This document shows, one piece after another, positions 1 to 12,659 of a stretch of 64,000 nt of DNA. Below the pieces are notes generated by a model. That model was given only the letters and a program-made list of their open reading frames with translations. It was not told the origin of the DNA and did not search any database. The stretch comes from the human T2T-CHM13v2.0 reference genome, Homo sapiens. Position numbers and translations under genes: made by a program. Location: NCBI RefSeq assembly GCF_009914755.1, contig NC_060933.1; one strand, written 5' to 3'. Every line of letters starts with the position of its first letter. The stretch's first letter is position 1.

Positions 1-54
1 CTTTGATACACTAGCTTAGGCTTTGCCCCAACTCACACATACCCTTTTGTCATA

Positions 55-480
55 GGTGGGGTTCCCTAGCAATCAGTCTCTGAGACTTTGATACATATGC
101 ATGCAGGTGGTTTAGTAGCGAGTGCCCTCCTTAGTATCATGGATAAGGACAGTAGGATTTGGCAGAGGGAGAATGTAAACCACTTGAAGTGGTAACAGAG
201 GCCACAGATGACCCTAGAGGAAGTTTTAGATTTGAAATGGCCCTTCAGATTTGTTGAGGCAAGAAGGCCAGATAGTCATACCTCCGTAGTGACCAGTCAT
301 TATATACAGATGGCCTTGGCGAGGAGAGGAAATATGAGTGAGGACGCTGTCTTTGGCTAAGAGAAATACCTAACTAGGGGCTCAGTTGAGAGCCTAGAGC
401 CATCAATATATCCAGTAGTTAGGGATGAGTTCCTCAGCCCAAAAGGGGATCTTGGTGACACACCACAGCACCACAGCCAC
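55..480 (-). mobile_element. ERVL LTR, LTR16 family (one LTR of a decayed provirus)
   Basis: Resembles recalled LTR16 reverse-strand hallmarks: gggttccctag..cagtctctgagac, ggcagagggagaa, ggcccttcaga, gaccagtcatt, ggctaagagaaat, gggggatct..caccacagca. Confidence 0.7.
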
Positions 481-3240
481 TTCAGTTTACATCTTGAACT
501 CCTCAGATCCACTTGATTCATATAATAATACATTCTTGAAACAGCAAATTGTGGATTCTGGTTGGCCTCTTTCCTCAAGGAAACACAAACTTCAGCCCCC
601 ACACTGCTGCTGGTGTCAGTGGTTGAAACCGGTTCACATCATTCCCTCCTCTATCACCTTTTCCAAATTCCTCTCACTCTCTGCAAACACCTCTGTCGAT
701 CTCCATCGCTTCCATAGTGGGATGACTCAGAACTTCAATCCTAAAAGATCCAAGCCCTGGTCTCCAGGCTGTCGTTAGGCTTTTGCTGTAGTACTTGTCC
801 CTTGGCAGGGGAGTACCAAGAAATAGGCTTTTGCTGTAGTACTTGTCCCTTGGCAGGGGAGTACCAAGAAATAGGCTTTTGCTGTAGTACTTGTCCCTTG
901 GCAGGGGAGTACCAAGAAATAGGCTTTTGCTGTAGTACTTGTCCCTTGGCAGGGGAGTACCAAGAAATAGGCTTTTGCTGTAGTACTTGTCCCTTGGCAG
1001 GGGAGTACCAAGAAATGCTCCATGGATTACGTGGGTGCAAAACATACAGTTTTCTTCACCCCTAAAGTAACAGCAGCCCTACCTCCACCTGATGATCAGG
1101 GTCAAGTATCCATGGCAGAATGGTGACTCCTTTTTTGCCTACTGGTTTGTTGGCATAATCAAGCCTAAGTGACCAGATGGCAATTCTTGCCTAATAATGG
1201 AACTTTTGTTATATCCTCCAGCGAAAGTGCTGGTTCTTGAAAACCAGAAATTGTAAACACACTGATCACAGAGTTGTGCAGGGAGAAAATGCAAATTTCC
1301 CAAGTGGGTCACTAAGAGTGACAGTAAGAGAATTCCCTTCCGCTTCTACTCTTCTGTTCCTGGACCAATGTATTCTTTCTATTGTGAACAAAACATTAAA
1401 TCATCATTGATGTAGAGTAGATACCACATCGTATAGGATGGGGCCACATTCTCATGAGGTATCATCTCCAAATTGGTGCCCACTTCGACTAAGCCAATCA
1501 ATAAGTTGATTAGGTTGGCAACTTCTGGGGTTGGTGGCAGGATCAATGGATTCCATGGCCATATGCCCACTACAACACTTCCTTTGCCAAAAAAAAGCCC
1601 TTGGTATTATACAGGATTCTTTGTTGGTGTACCATATACCCTAATGATGACAAAGACCTTGCATAAGTCAAATTCATACACAAATATACAAAAATAAGTG
1701 ATGATTCCAATCAACATGAATAGTTGCTTCTCCCGGGGTGGAAGAGTTCTAATGTAATCAACTTGCCACCACTCAGTAACTGATCTACATAAGGGAAGGA
1801 ACTATGTCAGCAGCTGAGCATTGATTGGGGTTGCTGACACATTAGAGATTAGCCAACAAAAGTAGCTAGGTCAGCCTTGGTGAGTAAGAGTCCATGATAT
1901 TGGATCCATGAAAAGCCTCTTCCTTGCCATCATAACTACTCCATTATGCCAGCACTGAGTGGCTGAAGAGAGAGCTAGCTAATGTCAACTGCTGAAATCC
2001 TTCTGTCTATTTAGTTATTTATTGCTTCTTCCTTGATGGATGCTTTATGGAGGCTTTCACATGTGAAATAAGGACATTTACTCTTTTTACTCACTCCTGT
2101 AAGTTTTTACATATGCCTCTTCTCCAGATCATTTTGTTCCACATCTTCTAATATTTCTTCTTCTTGGCCCCTGATCAACCGATGAAGCTATTCACCACTA
2201 TCCATGAGTTTTTCTCTATTTTTATATTGGACCACTTTTATTTTCATACAAAGTGCTTGTCTAGGTGTGCTGTTAGAATCTCCACTCATTGACAGAGTCC
2301 CCTCTTACTACTATCTCCATAAAGGTTATCCCTGAATGGGACTGTAATGCAGCTATGATCCATTTTTGACTTGCACCCACATGTTGAGCTGATTCACACA
2401 TTAACCAAAATTGATCTTTTCCTCTGCTTTCAGCTTCTGTTGGAGATCTGGCATCTCTTTCAGGATTTCAGGTTCAGAAACCATCTGAGGTCTAGAGACT
2501 GGGCAAGGGGCTTGGCTGCTGTGTTCAGCCTTTTGATCATCCATCTTTGATTTCTTTTGATTGTGTAAACTGAGTAAGCTCTTGTTGGCCCTCACCCCAT
2601 TTATTTTGCCCCCAGGGCCGCTGTAGTCTATTAACCATCTCTCAATTCCGTTTTTGTCTCCATTATGCCAGCACTGTTTTGGAAAAAAGAGCTCGGAGTC
2701 GCAGGGAAAACGAGCACTCAAACAAAAGATTTATCATGTCAACCACTAAAGTCCTTCTGCCTATTTAGTTATTTCTTGCTTCTTCCTTGATGGATGCTTT
2801 ATGGAGGCTTTTACATGTGAAATAAAGATATTTACTCTTCTTGTGAAATGTTACTCCCATTCTATTAACTTGGCTCCCAACCAAGCTAACACTTCAACCT
2901 TGCCCCTCATTATAAAAAATATCCTTGCCTCTGATAGTCAAGGGTCACCACCTGACCTCTATTTCTTGGAATTCTATTACTCTCATTGTTATCAGTCTAC
3001 TCAGTTTTCTAACAGCATCCCCTACCATCAGTCACTGCTGAGTTTCTCTGCCATGCTGGAACCTGTCTCACCAACGTGTTCCTGATCACTTAAGTAAAAT
3101 GAGTATCCACCAGGTCATCCTGATGAAGATATTAGCCAGCAGGTTTCCCAGCCTTACAGAGTATTTCCATTTGAGCATGACTGCCTCTCTGAGCCTTATG
3201 TTCCCTTCTTGCACCATCTGCCAGGGCACAACAACAGTCA
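481..3240 (-). mobile_element. ERVL internal sequence (HERV16/ERV3-16A3-like), degraded pol and gag remnants
   Basis: Lies between two LTR16-like segments. Minus-strand ORF fragments are ERVL-like: IWPWNPLILPPT..NLINLLIG (integrase region) and RWLIDYSGPGGKING..HNQKKSKMDDQ (gag C-terminal region). Multiple stops and frameshifts. Confidence 0.6.
776..1015. repeat. Perfect tandem repeat (VNTR), 5 x 48 bp
   Basis: Unit taggcttttgctgtagtacttgtcccttggcaggggagtaccaagaaa starts at 776, 824, 872, 920 and 968. No differences seen between copies. Confidence 0.98.
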
Positions 3241-3259
3241 AAGGTGTAACCAAGAATCT

Positions 3260-3595
3260 CAGAAGGAGAAGTTGAGCTATGGTCCAGTTGTGTCAGAGGC
3301 TTCAGAAGACCTTACTGACATCTCTTGAAATGGGATGAATATTCAGAATTTTCTGCCTTAAATTAAGGGGAAGAGGTCTTTGTACCTTTATATTTTGGAT
3401 GTATACTGTCCCAGGGGAAGGTGTGTAAACTTAGACAAGGCAGCTCCCTTTGGTTGAGGGCAATTTCCAAAAGAAGGTAAGCGGAGATTTCACAGCCATC
3501 ATCACTCCCAGCAGCTGGAAGGTTGCGTGTTACAATCTCCAAGTGGCAGAGTGGGTCATACACTAGAGCACCCATCTCAGCAGTATTCACTACAC
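3260..3595 (-). mobile_element. ERVL LTR, LTR16 family (second LTR, partial)
   Basis: ggagaagttgagct..cagaggcttcag..gacaaggcagctccctttggttgagggcaattt..cactcccagcagctgg..ttcactaca, colinear with the 55-480 LTR. Confidence 0.7.
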
Positions 3596-3679
3596 TTCAC
3601 ACAAAGATGATCCTCAACAGCAATTGCCAAAATCATCCCCTCCTATCTTGGCACCTGCAGCTTTCCCATCTCAGCTCTT

Positions 3680-3995
3680 CTCCATATAGCTAACTCCTAC
3701 TTACTCTTCAAAACAGCTCAAATATTGCTTTTCTGTCTTCCCTGACCCCTCTTAGCCTACTCTGCTTTACTGTCTCTCCTGTTTTGCTCCCACAGTAACT
3801 TTTATCATCATTTTATCACATTATATTGGAATAATTATTGAAACCCACTTTAAATAGTAAACTCCTTGAGGGAAGGGACAACTTCTTGCCCTCCTTTACA
3901 CCCCTCAGGTTGACATGTTGCCTGGCATATAGCAGGCACACATCCAATGTGATTTATTAAATGTGTGAGTGGGTAAATGAATGACTGAATACATT
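3680..3995 (+). mobile_element. L2 3' end fragment
   Basis: aaactccttgagggaagggac..gcctggcatatagcaggc..aaatgaatgactgaat tail typical of L2. Confidence 0.7.
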
Positions 3996-4896
3996 AATGA
4001 ATGTTCACATACGCTCTCATTTTATTTCCAAAAAGAATTTGAGGCAGCCAAGTTCCAAAAAACCCAACATACTGCAGCTTATGGAGTAGTAGCTCAAAAT
4101 ATGCGAAACCTGGCAGAAATGCACGTCTCACTCTATAGAATGGCACACTATTGGGGTATAAATATGAATCTTGGAAAAACCCTGATTTCAAGCTACAGAT
4201 GCCCAGATTGGTGACAGCAGGGTATCTTCTCACAAGGACCAGAGATCCCAGCCAATAGCACTTTCAAGAATGTGCAAGCAAAGAGTTAACAGTCTCACAG
4301 CTGCCTTTCATTGGAGGTGTTAATGAGGTGACAGGGGGGAAGGATTTTAAAAAGAAATTGCCTTCAGTCATTCCAGTTAAATTCCAGTACAATGGAAAGG
4401 CACGAAGCTCTCTCCACTCCTCCTCTCTCTCGACCCCTCCCCTCATCTTAATGGGGTCTGACCTTAGCTCTGTGGTTGCATGCCTCAGTCCACAAAAGAC
4501 TTGGAACGGCCCCCTTGGTTTCCAAACCTCAGGTTGCCTTGGGGAAGTTACTAAAATTTGGTTGCCGGAGATACTTAGGTTAGAGAAAATGAGTCAAAAA
4601 ATAATGTGTGGTGAGACAGTCGTAGGATGTCATCTGCGAGAACAATCAGGAACCCAGGCATGAAGTCATTCCAATGTACTTTTTTACTTGTCTGTTTGGA
4701 AATTCTGTTTCTCTGGCATGAATCAGGAATAGACGACAATGTTTTAGAAGGAACGGATACTTTTCTGAGTCTTTGAAAAAGATCCCAAGCATGGCCAAAA
4801 GACAAAATGGCCACTCCAGCCAAAAGTTTTCAACGTCCCACAGTAGCCACCTCACAGTGAAGTTAGAGATAAAAGGATGCTGCAGTGGGTAGGTAT

Positions 4897-5745
4897 GGAT
4901 ATGGAAGGGAAGTGCTGGGAAGGGCAGGGTGTGGTCCCTTTAAATGATAAGCCAGGGAAGTCCCGGGTAGAGGAGGGCGTGGTCCCTGGCTAGGGCTCCA
5001 ACGGGGGGTGGGGGGGAGCCCTGGGCCCTGTGCCCACGGACCTAGGTGAAGACAGGCATTTTTATTTGCATTTCCCAAGGCTACCCTGGCCTGCCACGCC
5101 CCCATCCTGGGCCTATGAAAGCTCGGAGACCCTAGCCGGCAGACACACAGGTGGCTGGACGTATAGAGGAGCACATCAGTGGAGGAACACGTGGGTGGCT
5201 GAATGTCAAGAGGAACGCCCAGACAGACACCGGCACGCGGGCAAGCCATCCACCCGGGGAATGAAGCAGAGTTGGGCGGGGCAGTCAGAAGAGAGCTCGG
5301 GCCACTGAGCAGCCCGATTCCAGGGGAAAACCTTCCCACTCCATCCCCTTCCACCTTCCCCCATCTGCTGAGAGCTACCTCCACTCAATAAAACCTTGCA
5401 CTCATTCTCCAAACCCAGGTGTGATCCAATTCTTCCAGTACACCGAGGCAAGAACTCTGGGATAAAGAGAGCCCTCTGTCCTTGCGACAAGGTAGAGGGT
5501 CTAATTGAGCTGGTTAACACAAGTCGCCTATAGACAGCTAAACTAAAAGAGCACATGGTAGCACATGCCCACTGGGGCTTGAGGAGCTGTGAACATTCAT
5601 CCCTAGACACTGCCCTGGGATCGGAGCCCCACAGCCTGCCCATCTGTATGCTCCCCTAGAGGTTTCACCAGCAGGGCACTGAAGAAGCCAACCACTACCC
5701 CATCACACGTCCTGCAAGCGGGACAAGGGAACCTTTCCCGTTTCG
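4897..5745 (+). mobile_element. Solo ERV1 LTR, LTR1 family
   Basis: Starts ggatatggaagggaagtgctgggaaggg. Contains gtggtccctggctagggctcca and gtgcccacggacctaggtga, with AATAAA at ~5387. Ends cccgtttcg. 4-bp TSD GTAT at 4893-4896 and 5746-5749. Confidence 0.85.
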
Positions 5746-5859
5746 GTATTGCTTATGGCACCAATGATTTCAATTTCTGAGGAGACTACTCCCTTGAGGA
5801 AAACATCTATTGTTGACGCCTATATGATATATAGAGAAGGACGCAGGCTAGGGAGTCAA

Positions 5860-6025
5860 AGAGATACATGTGTGTATAAATTTGGGCAAGCAGAAACTGT
5901 CTCATTTCTCACCTGTAAAATGGGGCTTATGATCCTACCTTTAGGATTACTGCAAGGCTGAAATGTGATAAGATGTGAAAAATATTTAGCACAAGACCTA
6001 AGGACATAATCAAAATTATTATCAA
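5860..6025 (+). mobile_element. MIR fragment
   Basis: ttgggcaag..ctcatttctcacctgtaaaatgggg MIR core. Confidence 0.7.
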
Positions 6026-6194
6026 TGAGGAGGATTTGCCAAGGAATTCTCGGCTCGTGGTAGAAGATGTATGCTATTTATGTGTACAATACTGACATAC
6101 CTTATGTACCATGAGTACAGGAAGAGGCTCCTTCATTTTCTTCGGACCTGTTAAGAGAAAAAATGAGAAGAAATCCTAGTTGTTCAACCAGGAT

Positions 6195-6350
6195 GTATCA
6201 CTGCGTTCAGAAATTACTTAATCTCTTTGAGCCTTGATTTCCTTCTCGATAAAATGGGGCTCTTATGACCTACTTCGCAGGGTGTCTATGACATTTAAAT
6301 GAGTTAGCAAATTTAAGCAAATAGTACAGTCCCTGGCTCAAAAAAACCTC
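6195..6350 (+). mobile_element. MIR fragment
   Basis: ttacttaatctctttgagccttgatttccttctcgataaaatgggg MIR core. Confidence 0.7.
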
Positions 6351-6999
6351 CAGTCGCTTACTAATGATTTGTTCCAATGACAAATAGCCTTCAATCTGAC
6401 TTTTATTTTCTAGTAAACAGATTCATAATTATTAAACAATATCTATTCCAGCTCCTCATCAACATCAACATGTGTGAAGTAAAACTTTTTCATGGTCATC
6501 AAAAAATTTGTAGAGCTTAGGCATAGGCCAGAGCAACGGCTATGCAAGCAACATTTTGCACATTTTACAGAGCGGATCTGGATTCTAGAATGCTGAGAGG
6601 GGAGAGCAAGAAGCCTCTAGACCAGCTATTTGCTTTTCCATTTACTAAAAACAAACAGCATCAAGAACAATCCATAAACGTTTAGACCAGCAAAGGAAAA
6701 ATATTACCTTTTTTTGAAATGGTGGATAAATCAGGAAATCCTTTTGTCGTATGTTAGTTTAAAATTAAAAATAGAAGAATTTCTGTAACTTCCATCCAAT
6801 TTGCTGTGAACCTAAAACTGTTGTAAAAAAAATAAAGTCTATTTTTATTAACAGAAGAGAACTGGATCAGTTCAGGCATATTTTCAAAACAAAAATAGAA
6901 CTTTAATGTACCTTATTTTTAAATTTTTGTATCAGATGAAAGTGTATTGAAATCCATTTAACAATAAATAGATACCTTTGAAAATAATAACATTTGAAA

Positions 7000-7185
7000 A
7001 GTACTTGCATAGTTAATATTTTATTTTGTCCTCATTACAATCCTGTGAAACAGCTATGGTGAGTTTATTATTCCCCATCTTTTTACAAATGGGACTTGGA
7101 AAGATTAATAATAGGACCAAGATAACAGCAAGTTGTCACAGTAGTCAAAATCGCCATTCACATCTCCTTACTTCTTCCCCCAGCA
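7000..7185 (-). mobile_element. MIR fragment
   Basis: tcctcattacaatcctgtga..tattattccccatctttttacaaatggga reverse MIR core. Confidence 0.6.
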
Positions 7186-7884
7186 AATCACAGTGCATTT
7201 CACACAGAAGGAATATAATGTAAGGAATTGGCTACAAAGATACTGGAAGGGCTGGAGAGGAAAAATAGGAGAAGACACACAAGTAGAAAACGATGCGTAT
7301 TCTTGTGGTTAAAATTATTGGAAGGAGAAAAGAAGAATGAGACTGAAAGAGAGAACGAGATGTTCTTAAAGTCTGGTGAGAGGTCTTGGTGCCAATTCAC
7401 CATCCAAATATATGGTTTCTCAGGGAAACTTAATACCCACATCTTGTGACACTGGACCTAGCCTCATTATTGATTTTTGCCTTAGAATAAAAATACAGAA
7501 AATTAAAAAATTACTTTTAAAAAAACAACATAGCAACAGAGAACATACACAATTTAAAAGGCATTCCTGAGAACTAAAATCATTCATGGCCTCCTGTTTC
7601 GGTCTGGTGCTGCAATCCCATCAGCTCTCCTGAGCAAGCTGTGGTGGGCCCAAGCTAGGAAAGAGGACTAGGACCCACTGAGGTACATTGGGAAAGTGGG
7701 GGTCTCTGGATGTACCTTGTTTCAGAAGCTCCTTGATCTAGGAATAATGCAGTGTTGAAGGCCTGAGTGCTCTTAGTGAACCCATAAAACTGAAGTACAA
7801 ATATTCTGGGTGTTAACCATACACTCAAGCACAGACTGAAATAAAAATTGTAGTCGTGATGTCGTCAAATGACTGGGATTTTCC

Positions 7885-8125
7885 ACAATTATAATTGTTA
7901 TTTATTGACTTTACTATTTGCCAAATATTTTGCTGAATGTTTTCGTGTATAATCTCATTCGGTCCTCACCAAAACCATATGGGGTAGTTATTTTTACTAT
8001 TCCCATTTTAAAGATGGGAAATTGAAGTTAAGAGGTTAAGTGCCTTTCCCAAAGTCACACAACTAGTGGAAAGAGGAACTGTGATATGAGCCCAGGCAGT
8101 TTAATAGTAGGGACACATTCATAAC
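7885..8125 (-). mobile_element. MIR fragment
   Basis: ttcccattttaaagatgggaaattgaag..agaggttaagtgcctttcccaaagtcacacaactagt. Confidence 0.75.
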
Positions 8126-8137
8126 CAGTGCCATTTT

Positions 8138-8596
8138 CTTTCTTTCTTCCTTCCTTCCTTCCTTCCTTCCTTCCTCCTTCCCTTCCTTCCTTCCTCCCTT
8201 CCTTCTTTCTTTCCTTCTTTCCCTCTTTCCTTCCTTCCTTCCTTCCTTCTTTTCTTTCTTTCTTTCTTTCTTTCTTTCTTTCGTTCTTTCTTTCTTCAGG
8301 GCCTTCCTCTGTCATCCAGTCTGGAGTGCACTGGTGCCATCAAGGCTCACTGCAGCTTCAACCTTCCAGGCTCAAGCAATCATTTTCCCGCCTCAACACA
8401 CACCACCCCCACAACCCAACCAGTAGCTGGGACTACAGGTACATGCCCCCAGGACTGGCTGATTTTTGTATTTTTTGTAGAGACAGGATTTCACCATGTT
8501 TCCCAGGCTGCTCCTGAATCCCTGGGCTCAAGTGATCCACCCGTCTCGGCCTCTCAAAGTGTTAAGAGTTACAGGTGTGAGCCACCACATCCCACC
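8138..8596 (-). mobile_element. Alu (AluJ-like) with tail converted to (TTCC)n/(TTTC)n microsatellite (8138-8296)
   Basis: Reverse Alu body. TSD cagtgccatttt at 8126-8137 and 8597-8608. Confidence 0.92.
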
Positions 8597-10113
8597 CAGT
8601 GCCATTTTTTTCCTTCATTGGAAGGGTGACTTTTCCTTCCTAATTCCTGTTCTAAACCCCTCAGTCCTTCTTGGCATGAAATACCTACTGTTGTTTGGCC
8701 AGGGAAAGTCATAAAGAGTATAAACAACAATTTGCTTTCCAAATACTTTATACTCATAGATATCCCATCAATTACAGTTCTTTATACCAAGCAATGGGTC
8801 ACTTTCTTTTCTGCACACAGTGCACTGTTCTTTCCCAAAAGGGACATGGCACGTAACTGGCACAATTGACTCATGACCTTTTTAAATATTTTGTTTTGTT
8901 GCTGTTTTCCTCCTGGAGGAACTCACCCCTAAAGCAACATTATAGCTCTGACTTAGAAGTTTGAATTAGGGAATTTAAAATGTCATTTTATAAACGCACC
9001 TAGGGTCAATTCAGTCTTAAAAAAATAGACACTAACATTAAGACTAAATAAAGGGTAAGATGGGATGGCAAGCTGACATCTCAGGGTGTGAACGCTTTCA
9101 ACCAGCTTCACAGAGTCTTGTTTTGTTTTGTTTTTTATTTTGCTATCTCCATCTATGTTCATTTGTGTGGAATATTTAAACAGTAATACATTTCCTAAAC
9201 TTTTGTTAATACAAAGGAATTTCTAACTCCTATCCAAAACCATTACAACAGTAACTAAGATTGTATTATGTCAATGAATGTGTTAGCTACAAATTATTAA
9301 TTTTTTCTAGGCATAAATAATGGACATAAATTTGGAGAAATCCTATCAGAAAAGAAAACAGAAATTTAATAAAGGGAATATGCCACCTTCCATTTAATAT
9401 AGGACATTTGCCAAAACAAGATAAGCATGCTAACCAGAATTTCAACACTTTCTAGGTGTTAGAAATGTTCACCTTTATTGCTAATATGTAAGTCCTCCTC
9501 TTTCACCTCCTAAGCTCATGCCAAGGCTGAGAGCTACACTGCAGTGATTGGGGAGCTACTATCCTGGCCTTGAAAGATAATCACCCTCTGCACAGCTAAG
9601 CATTTGGCAAAGCCATGGATTCTGGAGCACCGAAGAGCTCTGAAATAGTAATATTTTAATTATTGCTTTTTTAAACATATGCTTAAATTGCATTTTCCAG
9701 CTAAGAAGCAGTTTCAACTATCATTCATATCTCACTCACAAAAGAAGGTTCTCAGGCCAACTTGGCAGCTTTGAGCAATTCGGCTGATCTGGAAATCTTT
9801 CAGCTCCCCAGTTAGAATCCTTCATGTTCAAATCCAGGTATCAAAACTTTTACTGAGTGACAGAACTACTGCTTAACGGCCACTCTCACCTGCTACTGTC
9901 ACTGAGATATAACTACCACTATGTTTAGAGCTACCTCAGGAAGAGGATTGTCAAGCCATATGTTGCAAAGTCACTGCTACATGTCTCTTAGCTGTTTCAG
10001 TCAGTACAACTGTGAGATTTCTCACCCAGCAGCAGCTTTGAGTCCATTAGATAGATCAGTTAAACCAGGGATTTAGCTCAGGACTAACAGCACATTAGGC
10101 CAATCCATATACC

Positions 10114-10244
10114 TAGAGTGACCGCACACTCACTCTGCTGGGATAGCCCTGGTCTATGCGTATTGTCAAAATACAATTATCAATACTGCCCACTTCCACT
10201 GTCAAAGTTGTACCAGTTTGGATAACTATAATATATGGTCACTT
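10114..10244. mobile_element. MER94-like hAT MITE
   Basis: Terminal inverted repeats tagagtgacc ... ggtcactt, internal gggatagccctggt, ~130 bp. Confidence 0.65.
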
Positions 10245-10469
10245 GGACAATACCTATTAAAGACCAAGAGACCAGGTTGAGATATATCTTAATGCAAACA
10301 CCCACACTAATAGGCTTCATAGCTCACCTCACCTCCCTCCTGGCAGTTGCCAGAAATTCCACTGTTAAATCTTCAAGCCATAGCGTATTGTACTTTAGTA
10401 CTTATCAAAGTGTCTGACACGAAGTATTTATCCATTTTGTGAAATGGAAAATGTCAAATCACAAGGCAT

Positions 10470-11010
10470 ATTGCTCATTCATACAATCAAAAGAGTATTT
10501 ATTGTATCTCTACTGTTTGCAGGCATTGCGCTAGGAGCTGGGGATCTACAATGAAGCAGGTATAATTACTGTCCTGAAGGAGATAACAGGCTCATGGGAT
10601 AGTCTGATTTAAAATACAGTTTTAGTGAGATCAGTGGTATAAATCTCATGTACTGTAGGAGTATACAGAAGGGCCAACTCATCCAGCCTTGAGAAATCTA
10701 GGGAGACTTCTTGGAAAACGGGGACATACAACTAAAGGAGAGGAAATAAGATAGAGCCAGGTTCTTTTCTACATTTTATGTGCAAAGGCACATTAAGAGA
10801 CCTGAAAGTCTTCAGCATGGCTGGAGTGAGGACAGAAGTAGTGAGGGATGAGGCTGGCAGCAGGAGGCAGAGGAGCACAGGGAAGGCCATATATGCCACA
10901 TTAAGAAGATAGACTTTATCCTGGGGTCATAGAGAGCCAGAACAAGGTTTTACATAGAAAAGCGACTTGATCAGATTTGATCTTACAGTGGTATCTCTGG
11001 CTGCCATCTT
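10470..11010 (-). mobile_element. L2 fragment
   Basis: cattcatacaatca..gtatttattg..tactgtttgcaggcattgcgctaggagctgggga reverse L2 3' end, then typical purine-rich L2 body. Confidence 0.75.
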
Positions 11011-11564
11011 ATGACTATAGGTAGTATGTTTGCTCTTAGGCAAAGAAGAGGACATCACTTTTGTGTTTTATTTGAATGCTCTGAATCTCTATGGAGAACA
11101 TTCTCCTTCATCAAGTCAACCATAACTCAATAGTGAGACATTCTGGAGCTCCAGGGCTTATTTTTCTGGTGCCTTTGGCCAAACCACACTAGGCTGACTT
11201 GTACCTCAATTTTCTAGTCTGTAAAATATGGACTGTTGTATTCATCTTTCACATGGGGTGATGTGAGGAAACGCTAATGAGAAGCAGCCAACTTAGAAAA
11301 CAAGTATTACAGAAATGCTTAATAAGTCCAAATAGCCAAGAAAGATGAAATGTGTGTGTTCAAGTGTTCAAGTGTGCAGTAGAAGTGTTTCAACTATAGA
11401 TTTAATGATGTGGAGGCTCATTTTCACTAGGGCTGTCTGTACCAGCTTAAATCTGAGCCTGGGGTGGCAGCCCTGCTCACCAATTAAGAGCAGATGACAA
11501 TCTGAAACCATCCTGCTTAAGATATTTCAAGAGACCAAACATTTAGTTTTAAAAGAGTTACCAA

Positions 11565-11805
11565 TAATAATAGCCATCATTTATTGAGAGCTGGCTATGT
11601 GCAACATGCTGCTCTAAGTATTTTGCAAGCATTCACTCATTAGTTCTTTACAACAGAAAGTTATAATTCTTCCCCATTGTATTTTTTGTCTGAATACTTG
11701 AGTTTGAAGAAATTAAGTCTGCCCATCCAGAAAGCAACAGAGCTTGAATTATAACCCAGGCTTGTAAAAGTCCAGGTTTATTCTCATAACCTCTGCACTG
11801 CTCTG
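11565..11805 (-). mobile_element. MIR fragment
   Basis: aataataatagccatcatttattgagagct..ctatgtgc..gctctaagt reverse MIR end. Confidence 0.7.
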
Positions 11806-12389
11806 CTAAAAACTATTAAAAGGCCTCAGGCACTGCCATCTTCTTGCTGGTGTGTTCCCACTCCTACCCATCCCCATGGCTCATATCATCACTGGCATGT
11901 GAAGTTGCTGTTTCTAGAATGTGAGTCAGTCAAGATAGACAAGTTAATTTATTTTAGTGGATATGTGTCAGTGACACTATTTTTAAAAAGTACATCATGA
12001 CAACTTGCACATAACACAAAATCTCTTCATTGGGCTGAACCAATATGACCCTGAAAGGGAGTGAGTGATCTGTCCCACTGTACATGTTCCCTCAAGAGTG
12101 CCCCTCAGCAATTGGTGGTTCACATCTGCATATTCAACAATGTAAGAAAAATGTAGCTACTTTTCTGAGAAATGGATCAAACAGTGGAGAACAGAAATAT
12201 TACTTAGATAAGTCCCTTTGGGGCATAGATTGGTAAATCCTATCATTTCTTCTTGCCATATCACATACCAAAGAAAATTGATTGTGATGATTGTATTACC
12301 AAACAGTACTTTTTACATCAAGAGCACACCAACATTTAAAACTGAGCCCCATGCAAGTTCTACAACTATACTTCACGAATTTCACAGAT

Positions 12390-12630
12390 ATGATTTAAAT
12401 TCATTTTTAAATAGATTTCTTAAGGTATTTTAAGGCTTATTCTAATTAATTTTATCTAATTTATATATTTAATTATAAATAAATTAATAATTATTAATGT
12501 ATTTAACTATGACTTATTTTTAAGACAATTCTAAAACATTCAAAACTAAATCAACTCAAAATTTAAATGACATTCATTAAATCTAAATTTAAATTAAATT
12601 AATTCAAAATTAAAAGCATATTCAAATTTA
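12390..12630. repeat. AT-rich low-complexity tract
   Basis: Almost entirely A/T with repeated aaatt/taaat words. Confidence 0.8.
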
Positions 12631-12659
12631 TACACCCCCCACCACATACACACACCCAT

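Noticed and set aside
776-1015. CRISPR-like array or repeat protein (ORFs 674-1045, 741-1040, 775-1023, 802-1065)
   Set aside because: Units are directly adjacent with no spacers, there are no cas genes and the context is mammalian. The ORFs exist only because a 48-bp unit happens to lack stops.
4863-5643. Overlapping 92-173 aa ORFs
   Set aside because: They lie within a GC-rich LTR, with no domain similarity or splice context.
8055-8517. Low-complexity ORFs (ERKK/FLPS repeats); same for 13514-14135
   Set aside because: Translations of (TTTC/TTCC)n microsatellites and Alu sequence.
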